From Candidatus Caldarchaeum sp. (GTDB taxonomy: Archaea; Thermoproteota; Nitrososphaeria_A; Caldarchaeales; Caldarchaeaceae): a DNA stretch of 24,842 nt. Location of the stretch: assembly GCA_038844785.1 (NCBI GenBank), contig JAWBRA010000025.1, forward strand, positions 1 through 24,842, given 5' to 3'. A program made the position numbers and the translations under genes. Every line of letters begins with the position of its first letter. The first letter of the stretch is position 1. Below the pieces are notes generated by a model. That model did no database searches, had not been told where the DNA came from, and saw nothing but the letters and a program-made list of their open reading frames with translations. Below, piece by piece: positions 23,703 through 24,842 of the stretch.

Positions 23703-24280
23703 CTAGGCCGTGAGGTATCTTAGCTGAACGGCTAGTAGAAGGTGTATGAACCCGGTGACGTAAAGTAGGCCTGAGGTGATGGCGTGTGCGCTGTGCCACA
23801 ATCTGAAGGCTCTTCTCCTTTTGGCTGCTTTACGGTAAATGTATCTTCCGAAGAACCCGCTGGCTATCAATGCTAGGACCAGCCACGATGCCACACCCTG
23901 CAGGCCCACCAAGCCAAAGACTCCCAGCTCCGGATACATGCGTGGGAGCGTCCAGTAGGCGAACGAATAGGGGAAACCTGCATGGACCAGAATCAATACC
24001 CCTCCCACCGTGGTGAGCTGGCAGTGGATGTCTAGCCAAGCGAGCTTGGAGAGTAACCCTGGCCTGAACAGATATACCTGAGCGGTTAGGAGCAGCACGG
24101 CCCCCGCATACCCTAGTCTATAACAAGCCAGCCATCTCCTTTAAGGTCCATAGACCTGAGACCGACAACATGCCCTTCAGTGAGGGATCCAAAGCCCACT
24201 ATCAAAAAATAGGCTATCACGCTGATAAACACCACTAAGACAGCTCGGTAAACCTTCAGCTGGCTAAGCGGGCCTGCCAA
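23703..24280 (-). pseudogene. Frameshifted His-rich multi-pass membrane protein (cytochrome b/ferric-reductase-like TM domain)
   Basis: The 5' part from TTG 24280 (LAGPLSQLKVYRAVLVVFISVIAYFLIV...DGWLV) shifts frame at about 24121 into YRLGYAGAVLLL...WLDIH...LVHAG...SGFFGRYIY...WHSAH...IHL. One missing base; could be a sequencing error. Confidence 0.65.
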
Positions 24281-24348
24281 CCGGCATCACGTATACAGGA
24301 AGCTCGGCCTCATTTATCCCAAGAATATGGCGTAGCTATGCATCCTCC

Positions 24349-24420
24349 AACAGTTTCATCTACAGCTACCATTCTCCTCCGTCTACACTCAGGCTTGAAG
24401 ATACTCCTAAGCCTATGAGC
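24349..24420 (-). mobile_element. IS6-family DDE transposase fragment
   Basis: Manual translation AHRLRSIFKPECRRRRMVAVDETV resembles the first catalytic Asp region (..RR.iAvDET) of archaeal IS6 transposases. Very short. Confidence 0.5.
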
Positions 24421-24630
24421 AAAAGAAACTAATGTCCCTCTCCTTCAACATCTTGGCGATGGTGTTCCCCCACTACAGGCCCCGCAACAGGCATGCGCTT
24501 AGGCTCTGGAGCGAATAGCTCTATTTCTACAAGTCCTCTAACACCACGCTCACACAATAATGAGAAAGCAGCCTCATAAGGTGCGGCTGGACATTTGAAC
24601 AGCACACGTGTCACGGGTATGACGATAACA
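24421..24630 (-). pseudogene. Sulfide:quinone oxidoreductase/FAD-dependent oxidoreductase internal fragment
   Basis: FKCPAAPYEAAF...RGVR..VEI..FAPEP..MPVAGP.VG, continuing after a frameshift as NTIAKMLKERDISF. No FAD-binding N-terminus. Confidence 0.7.
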
Positions 24631-24678
24631 CCATAGAGAACTAATGTATGTGTTGGCTCTGCGTAACCGTTGATTGTT

Positions 24679-24707
24679 GTAATACTTATTAGATAGCGGT
24701 GTATTAC
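24679..24707 (+). promoter_or_regulatory. GTAATAC-N15-GTATTAC inverted repeat around the TATA box; likely antitoxin operator
   Basis: Arms at 24679-24685 and 24701-24707, with TTATTA between them, just before the RHH gene. Confidence 0.6.
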
Positions 24708-24714
24708 GGAGTAT

Positions 24715-24842
24715 GTGAGCGTCATAAGCTTCCGAGTCGATAAGAGGCTTAAAGCTAGGATAGACAGGCTCCGCCATATAAACTGGAGCGAGCTACTTAG
24801 ACGATATGTTGAGGCTGTTGTGGAGCAGGAGGAGCGTAGGAT
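24715..24842 (+). CDS. RHH (VapB/CopG-type) antitoxin, 5' part (runs off the window)
   Basis: Manual translation VSVISFRVDKRLKARIDRLRHINWSELLRRYVEAVVEQEERR; the INWSE motif is typical of archaeal VapB. Not in the ORF track. Confidence 0.8.
   Translation, partial: MSVISFRVDKRLKARIDRLRHINWSELLRRYVEAVVEQEERR

Noticed and set aside
24429-24725. 98-aa ORF as an intact gene
   Set aside because: Its N-terminal third overlaps the antitoxin promoter, and the SQR similarity continues in another frame.
1-24842. CRISPR array or rRNA
   Set aside because: No 24-40 nt repeats at regular spacing and no rRNA-like sequence seen. The GTCAA recurrences are only 5 nt.

Overview
Archaeal window; SD-like GGAGG/GAGGTG motifs, TATA promoters, an intron-containing tRNA and gene content suggest a thermophilic TACK archaeon such as 'Aigarchaeota' (inference). 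The core (5.5-20.6 kb) is an energy-metabolism cluster: a four-subunit POR-type 2-oxoacid:ferredoxin oxidoreductase operon, a two-gene minus-strand unit (tandem-wHTH/Cys regulator candidate plus a Cys/His-rich protein), and one apparent operon encoding a KOR-type oxidoreductase, a double-HdrA-MvhD fusion, an HdrD-like CCG protein, EtfA and EtfB. The HdrA gene carries a 530-aa LAGLIDADG intein inside the conserved DCxxC motif, so the precursor has Cys-3/Cys1 in a CxxC arrangement: a candidate redox-gated splicing switch. The left flank holds two HEPN/MNT modules (one fused), a tRNA-Leu(CAA) with a D-loop intron, and a ~0.94-kb IS200/IS605-like element with a RuvC-only TnpB whose predicted guide position matches the neighbouring tRNA anticodon arm for 14 nt. 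The right flank holds decayed genes (ATPase, SQR, IS6 transposase, AT-rich island, frameshifted membrane protein), a tRNA 3'-half remnant and the start of an RHH antitoxin. No CRISPR array or rRNA is visible. All family assignments come from motif recognition by eye; no searches were run.
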